Below the pieces are notes generated by a model. The model did no database searches and was not told the origin of the DNA. It was given only the letters and a program-made list of their open reading frames with translations. Made by a program: the position numbers and the translations under genes. A DNA stretch of 63,514 nt, the filler included, from Reticulomyxa filosa (lineage: Eukaryota > Protista > Foraminifera), in assembly GCA_000512085.1 (NCBI GenBank). It is 18 parts of 18 records of this genome, joined end to end, with 100 filler letters (N's around TTAATTAATTAA, not from the genome) between each part and the next. Parts side by side here need not be neighbours in the genome. Positions count along the whole stretch, not along the records: positions 43,575 to 55,582 come from ASPP01000763.1; positions 55,683 to 59,034 come from ASPP01012672.1; positions 59,135 to 60,727 come from ASPP01033894.1; positions 60,828 to 62,356 come from ASPP01038174.1; positions 62,457 to 63,514 come from ASPP01020051.1; 13 more parts are not named here. One strand, given 5' to 3'. This document shows, piece after piece, positions 52,001-63,514 of this stretch; the stretch's first letter is position 1, and the number at the start of each line of letters is the position of its first letter.

Positions 52001-53234
52001 TTTTTATCACGTTGAAAAGTGCAAGGTATGTAAACACATTATAATACAATACAAATACAATCGAGTTGGTTAAACAATATTTTGAGAAAAAGATTCGGAG
52101 TTTTTTAGGAATATGAATAAGCCAAAAAAAAAAAAAATACAACAAAAATTGTAAATTGGTATAGAAACGTGTGTAACACAAAAAACCTTCACAAAGTAGT
52201 GTGTCCTGAAGGAAAGAGTCTTTCACAATTTCCAAAGGATGCTTCAGTTCATTTGTCGAATCGGAACATTTCGGCATTGAAGTGCAGCGACCTGGTTACG
52301 TGTAATTTACTCGGATGTGTGACATCGAATTAACAAAAAAGACAACGAAAAGATTATTCTGAGTGTAAATGTTGACTTGGTGTGCTTTGAGCTTGTCCAT
52401 GCGTATTTGGTTTATTCATCTTTTGATAAATCTTCACAAGTTCGGTCTTCACCTTTCTTGTCTTTTCACTCAAAACACTTTGTGTGGACTTTCAAAAAAA
52501 GACAGTGTTTAAAAAATTATTTGAATGCTTTTTTAATTGCCCAGCACCAAAGTTTAGTTATTAAAAACTATCAGCGTGTTTATTCGCTAGAATGAGACGC
52601 ATGCCAAAATTTAAACGTATTTAACAGATTTGTATGATGAATTAAAAAGAAAAACCAGTAAGTCATTTAATTGTGGCTGATACACACTTTTTTAATCTTT
52701 TCTAAACTTTCCAACTTATTTATTTCCTTGCTTTTTGGCTCAAAGAAATGTTGTGCATCTTCTCGCGTGAATACGTTGAATAACGACACGCGTCCAACAG
52801 ATAGAGCCAAGTTGATCAAAGATTAAGAGCACACTTGTAATCATGCTTTACCAGCGGCTGGTTTATTTCTTTGCTTTTCAAAGCCAAATTGAATAGGATA
52901 CAAATACGTAAACGATCATGTGTTTTTTTTTAAATGAAACAAGTTGCCACAAACAAGAAGTGATTGGAGCCATATCCGTATCAAAACAGAGCACCAAAGT
53001 AGCCCTTTCACGTGAACATAGAAAAGAGAAAGAGTGAACAAGGTATACCTCTGTCATTATTCCTAGTATAATTTTTTAAAAATTGAAACGGGAGAAGTGA
53101 AAAAAAGAAAAGAACATAGGAAAAACGAAAACGATAACATTCCAATCAAAACATTCAAAAAAAATAAAAAAAAGTAATATGTTGAGTTGTCCTTTTTCAC
53201 GCACTCCAAAGTTGGCCACTTCTAAACTTAGAGC

Positions 53235-54593
53235 TTAATCGTGCTTATCCAAGACAAAATCTGAGTGAGAAGCATAAGATATCCCAGTGGCAGCACCTAA
53301 GAAAGCCAACCCAAAAGACCCTCCAATGGCGGTTTTGAGTCCCCATCCAGCAGCAAGTGTCGGTCCTCCCACAGCGACAGCCGCAATGCTACCCATTGTC
53401 GCGTAGACCCATGTCGACGTATGAACGCTGGACAGTGTAGCCACTCCGGAATCGACGAAAGAGTTGCAATGATTAACATTGGAGCCAATTCGATCGATTC
53501 CTTCTTGTTGTCTAATGACTACGTCCCTCAAATCTTTATTCATTTCCCACAGGCTCTGTAACTGTTTTCAAGATGAATTTTTTGGTATATTGTCATCTTT
53601 AACATTGTTTAACAATCTCAATCTTTTCTCTTCCTCACTACTTCACGTAGACAACTCAAACAGTTTTACTAGCTCAATTTTTTTTTTTAAATATATTTGT
53701 TTATTTATATGTTTTATACTGACTCTGTTTTTTTTTTAAAAAAAAAAGGAGTAGCAACTGACATTTGCGTCCATCTGTTTCATTTCTTTCGTAATGTATT
53801 CACTCGGCAACTCTAAATTGTCCGTCCATGGCACAAATTCCATGTCTATATTCGATTCTTGCAGCTGCTCTTGCTTACCTATTTGTGTCTCTTTTTTTTT
53901 TAAAAAAATTTTAAAACCACACAGATTATATATGTTTATATACACAATGTTTTTTTTTTTTGAATTAACGATTTGTAGACGATTGCTTTAATCCTAAGTT
54001 ATACAGATTGTCTTCATTAGTCCCTACTGGATTTAAAGGGGATTGGAACCACTTTTCCTCTGAAACCTTGTCTTTTTCGGACATTTCATTTTTATTTACC
54101 AATAGGTGCAGTCCTCTTGCACATTCGGTTTTAATTTCGAGACGTACACTTTCGAACACTTGCACAAATGCCTCCAATTCACTGTTCTCATTCTTATCTT
54201 TTTCTTTACTTTTCTCAATTAACAATTTCATTTGTCGCGATACAAGCATATTACCTCGCTTTTTTTCTGCTTCGAATTGGCCACGAAATCGGACACTCCA
54301 TGGTCGATCCACTAACTCATCCACTATTTTACGTAGTCTAAATAAGGATTTTTGCGTCTCAAGAAGGAGTTCTGCTTCCTATTGTTTTTGAAGGACGACA
54401 AGAGTGAGCATAATAATAGTATTTCGTTACATAAAGCACCTTCATGACCAGCAAATTTGACATAATATAGTATTCGAGGAAAAAAAAAAATGCTATATTC
54501 AATCCAGAAATTCACAAAATTTTTTAAGCAAACGGTTGTTTTTTTTTTTGGAAAAGAGCATTTTTGAAAAGCTATCAAAAGCAGGCTAGTCAT
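53235..54593 (-). CDS. Qa-SNARE, syntaxin-17-like (SNARE motif plus Gly-rich hairpin double TM)
   Basis: EMNKDLRDVVIRQQEGIDRIGSNV SNARE motif with central Q. About 45-aa Gly/Ala-rich hydrophobic segment VGGPTLAAGWGLKTAIGGSFGLAFLGAATG split by a Lys. Helical Habc-like exon upstream. Confidence 0.7.
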
Positions 54594-54881
54594 ACTCTAT
54601 TATTCCATGAAAATAATTAAAATTTGAAGAATCTTTGATAAACGTTCGTAAGTTAGATATTTTTGATTAGCGTACAACTGTTTTTTAGGGTAAAGCTGCA
54701 ATTATGACTTGAAATCCGTTCTTGCCCAAGTTACTTTTGCCCTCGCTTTTTCTGTTGGAAACATGTGGCAGTTTAAAACAACTACTTCATCAAGGTTCGG
54801 TAAAAAAGTGGTTCAAAGTGTGCGCGTCCTGTGATAGTTCAGTATAAAAAAAAACCTATTAAAAATTATATCGCTTGATCA

Positions 54882-55582
54882 ATGTCTGCTTTGGCTCCTT
54901 TTCAGCCGCATGGTCGTGGTCGAGGACGTGGGCCGTGGGATGTCCGAGGAGGACGAGGTCGCACGATAGGTCGTGGTTATGGTCCACCAGCAGGACGAGC
55001 ATCTTTTGCAAACTACGCACCTGCTCCGCAAGCAGCAAGGTACGTGAAAATCCTGTAGACAACAGTAACCACAATTTTTTTTTTTTTTTGCTACTCGGAG
55101 AGAATATCTTCCAAAAAAAAAAAAAAACACAAACATATAAAAAAGGCCCCCCCGACATGTGTCGATGTTAGAGCGCGAAGTGTTTCGCAACGAAAACTTC
55201 AGTTGCACACGTTACCATTGCGGGTTTATCCACTACCAAAAGACAGCTCACGACAACACGTGTCACTTTTATGTGCACTGGAGCAACTGGGGGATCGAAG
55301 ATGTCAACCTTATGGCGTTGTGTCATCACCTGTCGGATCGTATCAAGCAGACATGCACGCTGCAAGACCAAGCCCATTCTTCTTCTTCTTCTTCTTCTTC
55401 TAACGCCTTTGCGGTCCAGCGCATTGTCATCTCCTGCTTTCTTGCGGGAAACCGTTTGACTGCTCAAGGCTTAAAAGTCCTTCTCAACGCCATCTTCCCT
55501 TTCTGCTGTGAAAAATTGGATTTAGCAGGGAACGCTTTTGCTGATGATGGTTTTTTTATTTTTTATTTTTTTTTAATTTTTT
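54882..55582 (+). CDS. RGG-box plus RNI-like LRR protein, 3'-truncated (exon 1 54882-55039, exon 2 from 55146)
   Basis: MSALAPFQPHGRGRGRGPWDVRGGRGRTIGRG splices in frame to ...WSNWGIEDVNL...FLAGNRLTAQGL...KLDLAGNAFADDG. Confidence 0.65.
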
Positions 55583-55682
55583 NNNNNNNNNNNNNNNNNN
55601 NNNNNNNNNNNNNNNNNNNNNNNNNNTTAATTAATTAANNNNNNNNNNNNNNNNNNNNNNNNNNNNNNNNNNNNNNNNNNNN

Positions 55683-58600
55683 AAAAAAAAAAAAAAAAAA
55701 AAAATTGAATTATAAAACTCTTAATCTGTTGGCATGCGCAGCAGCTTCACTTCGAGCATCGAAGAAACCAAATCGGCAGTGTCGCCACGAGTCTTTCGAA
55801 TGATTTCAAAGTACTCTTTGTCCGCGATCGACTCTTTGTCAAAGACGCCTCGATTGGGCTGTGCGCAACGCACAATGGTGTTCTGCGTGGCTTCGTGATA
55901 ATACGTCAAAGCGGCCAATCGTCCTTTGCTTCGGAACTTGGCAGCTCTCTTCACGAGGTCGTCTGGGGCATTAGCTGGGACATAAAAGACGGCGGGATAG
56001 GTTGGACACAACTCGTAGCCTTTGTTGCCATAAAACGGCTTCCATTTTGTGCGCGGCACTTGTTCGCGCTCAAACTCCTCGCAGCAGTCAAACACTTTCC
56101 AACAGGCATTGGGAAAAGGGAGGAACTTGTCTTTGCCTTGGCGTCGATACGCCATCGGCACGTCCGGCGATAAGGGGTCGTTCACCAGATGGTCGTTTAG
56201 TCGTTTGTATAGTTCCAACAGTCCGACGCACTTCCGAAGCGACTCTTCTTCGATCACTTGGCCCACATATGGTGGCTTCAAATACTCGCTCTTGTCTTGG
56301 AGTTTTACGTTTCTTTTTTTGCTTCCATAAAAATTAAACATTGATTTTTTTTCTTTTCCTTTTTTTTTTTTTTTAAAAAAAAAGTATATTATACGTATGT
56401 GGTGATGTGCATTATTTATATTTGTAATGAATACCAAATATTTTTTTTTTTTTTTTAAAAAGTCCAACCGAAATCGTCATTTTGAGCAGTGAAATCAAAA
56501 TCGGCGGTGTTGGTAACATTGATAACGCGTGGCGGAGGAAGGATCAACTCAATGTATCGTGCGTCTTTGCAAATGATTTCCAACACATCGCCGTATTCCA
56601 CGGCGCTTTTCTTCTCTTTCATTCCAAGCGCTTGCTTCAATGAAATGACCTTTCCATCGTTGCCGGCCGGCGTTGGTGTCGGTGTAGACACTGATGAAGG
56701 GCTGGCGCTGAAATTGAAATTGAACACGGAGTTGGACGCATTCGCGCTGGAAGCGGAATTGGACGCCGAAGGAGTTTGGACAGACTCATATGTATTGACA
56801 TTGGCATTATCATTGTCATTGTCCACTGCACTGTCATCTTGTGACTTGAACATGAGTTGTGTGCCAATCCTTTCTTTCAACTTGCCAAAACTGCTCATTG
56901 CCGATTTATTTTTTTGCTTGTCTTTATGTCTTCGCAGCGAAATAATACTACCGAACAGCACCTCCATAGACCCTCAATCGGCTCAAACTTCAACAACAAC
57001 CGGAAATTCGTTAGGATCACATCGCCTTGGAAATACTTTCGATTGATACACAACTTGATGTCCTCCATCATCAACTCGACCTGCTCCACCGCCACCGGAT
57101 ATTCGACCCAACGGCCGTCGTCGATTTGGTCCAGGTCCTTTGGGCTCGGTGCTGTCATTTGCAGCAACTTGTTCAATTGTTCTTCTTTCATCTCGTCACT
57201 AGATCTTCGCTTGGATCGCACAGAGGACACGTCTTCCTTCGTCTCTTCTTTGTCGATTATCAACTTGCGCTTGCTCGACTCTCGTTGGCGGTACTGCTGG
57301 CCATAGCGAGAGTACTCGGCCAATTTCAGATCCGGAGGATATCTTAGGCTTTCTTGCACACTCATATAAAACGAATCTGCGTTTGGAATACTGTTCAATC
57401 GTCCAATATTCGCACGAGACTTGAATACAAATTCATTGCTTTCGTCGACCTCTTTCGTCTCTTCATTTCTTTATGTGCATACGTATACACATATATGTAC
57501 ATGTGACAATGTTATGAAAAAAAAAAAGGGGAGGGGGAGGGGGGAGTAACAAAAAATGTTGAAATATACAATAGTATATATATGCAAAATTCAAAACGGG
57601 GTCTTTTAATGGAATGAATTTGTACTAAACTGTCCAAGCGTCTTTTTGAAAGGAAAAGTTTTTGCATTCTTTTTGTCGTCACTCGTATTTCGCGGTGTGG
57701 ATACGTCTGTCGTATCATCCACGATTTCCGACGTCGTGGAGGCATTCAATCGTGGCGGAGGCGGCTTCTTTCGCCGATTGGCAGTGTCGTCATTCTCACT
57801 TCCCCATGTTTCAAATTTCTTCTTTTTCAAATCTGTTTGGCCACTCTCTGCTTTCTATGTTGCATTTATAATCGTATCAATGTTTCTATTAATGTAACCT
57901 AATACCCACTCATTGCCCCCCTTTTTTTTTTTGTATACGTATACAACTCGATGTTCTCTCTCCGTCGTATGTACCGTAATTCTCCAACAAACAACAATAA
58001 CATAAACATATATACATATATGTGTGTATATATGTATATATATATATAAATAAAAAGCAAAACGTATGGATTAACTTTAGGATCTTGTTGAAGGAAAGGG
58101 TTGGTCGAAAATGCAGAACGAACAGGACGTTGGACGGTATGGTCATCGTCGGTGGATGGTGTTGCTTCTTCTCGTGGTTGAGTTTTCACTGCATCGGAGG
58201 GAACAGGTGGAGGTGGTGGTTGACCATACACTTTACGTAAAGTTAAAGACAGATGATCACTCTCGTCGGCGTTGGTGCTATCCAGTGACCCATTCGACTT
58301 GACCTCCACAAGTTCTTGTTTCAGCATAATCGGATTAAAGTCCATTGCACGACAAAACGACCACACGTCCTTATTCATGTATTGAGGTATCCCAATCAAA
58401 CGGAAAAAACATATGTATACAGGGTCGAATGACGATGAATAGAGGAGAGGAGATACACACATATATATGCACATATGCACATATACACATATAAAAAATG
58501 GAAAAAAAGAGAACATACCTCTAAGTAGTCGCCAAACTCGGTCGCTTTTGGCTTTTCTTTGGTTTCCAATTTGACACAGAGCTCACCTTGAACGTTGGTA

Positions 58601-58930
58601 GACTTTGCAAACTTTCGATTTAAAGAGACCCAGCGGAAGTCCTCGAAAAGCTTGTAATCTGCCAAATGGATGAGCACCCGACCAATGTCCTCGTCGCTTG
58701 TGACGGTGTCGCGGTCGTATACATCAATCACCACAAAGCTCTCATGTCTGATCGTAAAGCGAAACTCCTCGTTCCACGTCGGATTCAATGACGTCACCGT
58801 CTTCGAACACGCGCTCACATTTCCCACCGTCACCACACAATAGCAATCGGTATTGCCACTCACTCGATCCATCGCCGGCAAATTGCGTGCACCCCGTAAG
58901 TGCACTGTTAACAATGACCTATTTATTGAC
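55683..58930 (-). CDS. Myotubularin-related phosphoinositide phosphatase with N-terminal C2 domain and split PH-GRAM; truncated at both ends
   Basis: C2: LTVHLRGARNLPAMDRVSGNTDCY...LNPTWNEEF...VYDRDTVTSDEDIG. GRAM: GDVILTNFRL...LEIICKDARYI. Myotubularin: YELCPTYP, AAKFRSKGRL, IVRCAQP, and after a 1-nt shift DARSEAAAHANR. Confidence 0.88.
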
Positions 58931-60827
58931 TGGGTTGACGAAAGGTCTGTTTTTTTTTTAAAAAAAAAAGGGGAGTTTTGTTACACTACACACATACATA
59001 TATACATATATATATGTATATATATGTATATATANNNNNNNNNNNNNNNNNNNNNNNNNNNNNNNNNNNNNNNNNNNNTTAATTAATTAANNNNNNNNNN
59101 NNNNNNNNNNNNNNNNNNNNNNNNNNNNNNNNNNCGCCGCCTGTTTCGTTCTTTTATTTTTCGCTTTTCCCTTCTTTTTGCTTTTTTTTTAAAGGTTTGT
59201 GCTTATGTCCTTCTTTTTCTCTTTTTTTTTATTCAAAAATTTGTAGTACTAGCATTATCAGTGGAATTTCCTGCTTAACTCATAAAACCTTTTTTTTGCA
59301 GCAAATTTCTTGTTTACATTATTCTCTTGTGTTGTTATATTCGTTGTTGTTTTATTTTATTTTTTTTTAACTAATTTTGTGTTTAAAAGATTGCTTAAAG
59401 ACCAACTATTCATATTACGCTTGACATTTCAGTCTGGACAATTATTGTTACAAATTTATTTTTAATTTTATATTTGTTTTTTTATGTTTAACTATTATTT
59501 TATTTGTACATTATAAACAAACTTAAACATATTTGCTAAAAGTTTGCTTTTTTAATTTTTATAAATATTGTTTTTTTTATTGTTTTCAATACTTTTTATA
59601 CATTAAATACCATTTCATTTGTTAAATTTTTTTTTTTTTAACTAATTTATCGAATAACAATACATTTATAATACGTTCATCAAAAATCATATAATATAAT
59701 TTATTTACATTTATCTATATTGACAGAAATCTTGGCACCAAATGACACCTTATTAAAATGATTAATTTTCTAATTCAAATATCAACCTTTTTAACAATTT
59801 TTTCTTTTACAAATAAATCAACTATTCTTCAATTTTTTTAACATTATTTTCTTTTTTTTCTTTAATTTTTTGTCGATTATAAACTTGCTTATCATTTTCT
59901 ACAACATTAAATTTTTTTTTGTTCAAATTAACAAAGTAAAATATGATTTGTCATAATTGTTTGACGTGTTCAAAATTTCGATCCACTGCATATTATAAAA
60001 AAAACTCGGAAAAACACAAACTAATCCCAAGAAACGTGATAATTATCCATCTGTTTTCTGGAGGAATCAAACAGATCACAGCGTCAATTGTACAGAAAAT
60101 TCTCCAAAAAGTGTTCAAAAGCAAGGTACAAAGCGGCAAGGATGGAAAATTCTAGATGATTGTAATGTCCGACAAGTATTTTTAAAATTGAGCTGAAGAT
60201 GGTAATACAAAAGTTTCTTAACAGATTAATATGACAGAAAAAAAAAACAAAACAGCTCAAATTAAGCAAATATCCACAGCATGAGCTGCTTTGTTCAAGG
60301 AACAATTTCCCAAAGCAAAGTCAGCGTTCAAAACAACATAGTGCTAACTGTCAACAATTTTTTTTTTTTTTGATTGGGTTGTTATTTTCATTTTTTTTTG
60401 GTTTGTTTTGTAAAGAAAAAAGAATAAAATAAACAAATTGAAAGCAATAAATAACTCAAAACTCTAAATATTCAATAAAATTTTTCTTAATTATTCAAAA
60501 TTATGATAAGTACAATCAGAATTCTTTTTTATGGTGTTTCTTTTTCGTACGCATACGCTGGGGTTAAAACAGTTTAAAAAAAGGATACAAATTAAGACAT
60601 ATTCATTTGATTCTGATCGAGAAAACTTTTCGAAAAATGGCAGTGAGAGAGCTCTTTGATGGACTGAAAAAAGAAGATGAAACAGTAACAGAAGAAGAGC
60701 AAAGAAAGCAAGTAATGTTTTCCTGTANNNNNNNNNNNNNNNNNNNNNNNNNNNNNNNNNNNNNNNNNNNNTTAATTAATTAANNNNNNNNNNNNNNNNN
60801 NNNNNNNNNNNNNNNNNNNNNNNNNNN

Positions 60828-63514
60828 TGAGCTGTATTTTCACGTCTTTTTTTTTTTTCTTTCTTCTTGGTAAAAGCTTGCGTTTGTGGTCGGGTAGCAC
60901 CAAGATTCATATTGAACTAAGATAATTTTTTTCCAACTGTTCCAATGCCATCATATGATGAATATTTTCAACATACGAAATTCATCTACTATCGTCGCCT
61001 TTATGATGACGGACATACATGGGCGCTTTCTATGGGAAGGTATTGCATATCTGGAAGTACGCAAAGTCGCTACTTGCAGGTGTGAAGAACCAGTACATAA
61101 CCAAAATGGTAGACGAGTTTTTTTTTTTGTTTTTTTTTAAATAGATCCAATGCGATACAATTTTGATGTATCTTTCTTCACTTCATCCCCGTTCTCATCC
61201 TTCTAATCTTTTTCTTCTTGGTTGACAATGTGTTAACGAAGTTTCGCACAACTCATCCACCAAGTTGAACCAATCTAACATAGAATGTTCTACCAATGAG
61301 TGATTCTCTCGATCGCCATGAGTGGGCATTTTTTGACAACTTCCACGCTACTTTGTTAATTGTCTTCCACTTCTCTGTCGCCGTTGCGACACAACAAAGT
61401 AAGTATTATTTCTACTTTACGCGAGCATCTTCAGTACATTCAACGTTTCTATCGACAATCTAATGAGTGATGGAGTACTATTCTTATTTCCTTTTTCATT
61501 CTTGGACGCATTTGTTGCAAAGATTCTTCCTATCGGCATATTCACGATCCAGAATCCAAAGTTGCGAATGTGCGTCATTTCCAAAACAATTGAGTTTCTC
61601 TTGCTCGTTGGCGCTGGTAGATCGCAGTTCGACACATTCTTTGCAGATAATTGTTGGCACGGCGCAGCACCAGAGACTTGTGTCCGCCTACATTGATGGC
61701 AAATAAGTTCTTTGCAATACTTGGGATTACAACTGCTAGACATTGCAATATTCGTTTAATATTTTCCATTGGAGCGCGCTATTGGAAGTTAGTCGACACC
61801 CGCGAGTAGCGACTTTGCGCGTTTCCAGACCTAAAGAGAAAGTCCATAACCAAATTCAATAAAGCCGGCGGACTGATTGTTTGTTTTGTTTTTTTTCCTT
61901 TTAAACAAATCCAACACGATACAGACTTGTAAGTTTTTTTCTTATATTCATCATCATCATCCTCTTCACCTTCTTGCTTGCTAGTGACCTGCGAGTTTCA
62001 AACGACTAAATTAAACCACTACTACATGTGATGGTTCGCCCAATGTAGTGATTTGTTCAATCGCAAAGTCGCTTGTTTTTTAACAGAGTTCAAATCCTTT
62101 TCTTCCTCTCAAGGTCTAGATTGTTTTGCGATTGATCTGGAAGAATCTTGCCAACTGTCCCAGCTCCATATCGTGATGTTTTCTAACTATAAGTCCATCT
62201 GCTATCGTCGCCGTTGCGATGATGGATACACTTTTGGTCTGATCGAATGGATGTGAGCATTTGCAGTGATTGTACCATTTGCAATGAGGGATTGTACCTT
62301 TTGCATATTCTATTTTATTATCAGGCGTATTCCCTGTTTCTATTTTTTTTTTTTTTNNNNNNNNNNNNNNNNNNNNNNNNNNNNNNNNNNNNNNNNNNNN
62401 TTAATTAATTAANNNNNNNNNNNNNNNNNNNNNNNNNNNNNNNNNNNNNNNNNNNNCAGTTCTTCTCACAAGCATTTTAGATTTAATTCTGCTACAATTA
62501 CCCAAGAACGAATTATAAACGTGGTAACAGGAAAGAGAAAACAGGCACACAAATAACCAACCAATAACAACAGATTCTTGAGTTTCTTGTGTTGAAATGC
62601 GCGCGTTGATCCCAATGATAATGCATCCATCAAGTATTCCATTATTTGGAACAATTGAACTGTGACTTGGGGGAAGCTATTATCGTTGAAAGGCTCTTTC
62701 TCTAGAGCTACCATTTTTTTTTGAGTGGTGGTCTTGTTAATGGCAGACCCGAGTGATCCAGTTTTTGGTAACCGAAAAATTCGTTCGTGTCCACAGCGCC
62801 AATTTCTTTGAGAAAAGAGAGGGTGTGGGGCTCAACTGCTGACATAAAATTGCCCAAATATCCACTCAGCAGGGCCCAGAGCCACCAATACGTTGTCAAT
62901 ATCCAAACCTTTGTTTTAATTTGCCAAATAATGGATCCACTTTTGAGTCGTCAATCCAGTTATCAATCGATTGGCACGACGTTGCAGTTTTTTGTGATAA
63001 ATGGCACATAACAGCATTAGTTCTCTTCCGTGCACGCCAACAGCAGCATCCAAATATTGACACAGTCCAATGTATTGAAGAAATTGACAATAAATAGAGA
63101 ACATGGGCTGCGTTTCGTGGTTGTCATCATCATGGCTGGTACTAAGCTTGACATTGTCATGTCCATCAAGTAGTTTCCATTGGGGGGGTTGGTGGGGGGC
63201 ACACTATATGAAATTGTTCCATGTTTAAAAATGCGCAAAGTCGCTGCTTGTGTATGTAAAGAGCCATAACCAAAGTAACAGCGACAAACTATCATATTTT
63301 TTTTTCTTTTTAAAACAAATTCAACGATAGTATGGCATTGGAATTTTCTTTTTCTTCTTCTTTGTCGTCATCTCCCTCTTCTTATTCGCTGATAGCCTTG
63401 ATTTGAGATTCAGAAAACTCATCCACCAAATTGGAGCCACAACATCGAGAGAATGGTCCCATACGAGAGTGATCGCAATATGTAATTGTTTTTTTATAAC
63501 GTCCACCATTCTCT
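60828..63514 (-). pseudogene. Degenerate copies of an unidentified multi-copy gene family (two contigs)
   Basis: Shared blocks CGCAAAGTCGCT...CATAACCAAA at ~61060, ~61810 (inverted), ~62062 and ~63235. Many stops and frameshifts. Confidence 0.35.

Noticed and set aside
56489-57347. Plus-strand ORFs opposite the myotubularin gene
   Set aside because: Antisense shadows without motifs.
59710-59790. Possible further MITE arm
   Set aside because: Only short AT-rich similarity (GACACC...ATGATTAATTTTC) with no clear partner arm.
3070-62456. Recurring palindrome TTAATTAATTAA as a biological repeat, CRISPR-like array or regulatory site
   Set aside because: It is always centred in exactly 44+44 Ns, so it is an artificial six-frame-stop linker. 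Gene neighbourhood across linkers is meaningless.
1-63514. tRNA, rRNA or CRISPR arrays
   Set aside because: None recognised by eye. tRNAscan-SE or Infernal would be needed to exclude them.

Overview
This window is not contiguous DNA. It is 18 short contigs joined by 17 identical artificial 100-nt linkers (N44-TTAATTAATTAA-N44). Seventeen contigs come from an AT-rich, intron-rich eukaryote with short GT-AG introns full of poly-A/T and (TA)n, and expanded WD40/TPR/caspase-like families. This is most consistent with the foraminiferan Reticulomyxa filosa (inference). Recognisable eukaryotic genes: Ras GTPase, CD36-family protein, membrane-anchored aspartic protease, coiled-coil/FN3/TLDc protein, sulfotransferase, kelch protein, INTS9, a small TM-anchored PI3/4-kinase, WD40 proteins, a head-to-head PPR-like pair, WAPL-like, syntaxin-17-like SNARE, RGG-LRR protein and a C2-GRAM-myotubularin. 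Mobile-element relics include a Tc1 DD34E transposase, a 340-bp MITE and a LINE fragment. One GC-rich contig (22862-23965) is bacterial (terminator-folP-glmM) and is probably a co-sequenced bacterium. The most interesting observation is at 44402-47991 (minus strand): five ORFs listed separately in the track splice in frame, with one homopolymer frameshift, into a single ~1,100-aa protein. Its architecture is PB1-like / spacer / ~10 TPR / linker / PB1-like / caspase-like protease, a candidate sensor-protease module in a protist. A second caspase paralog fragment lies at 35955.
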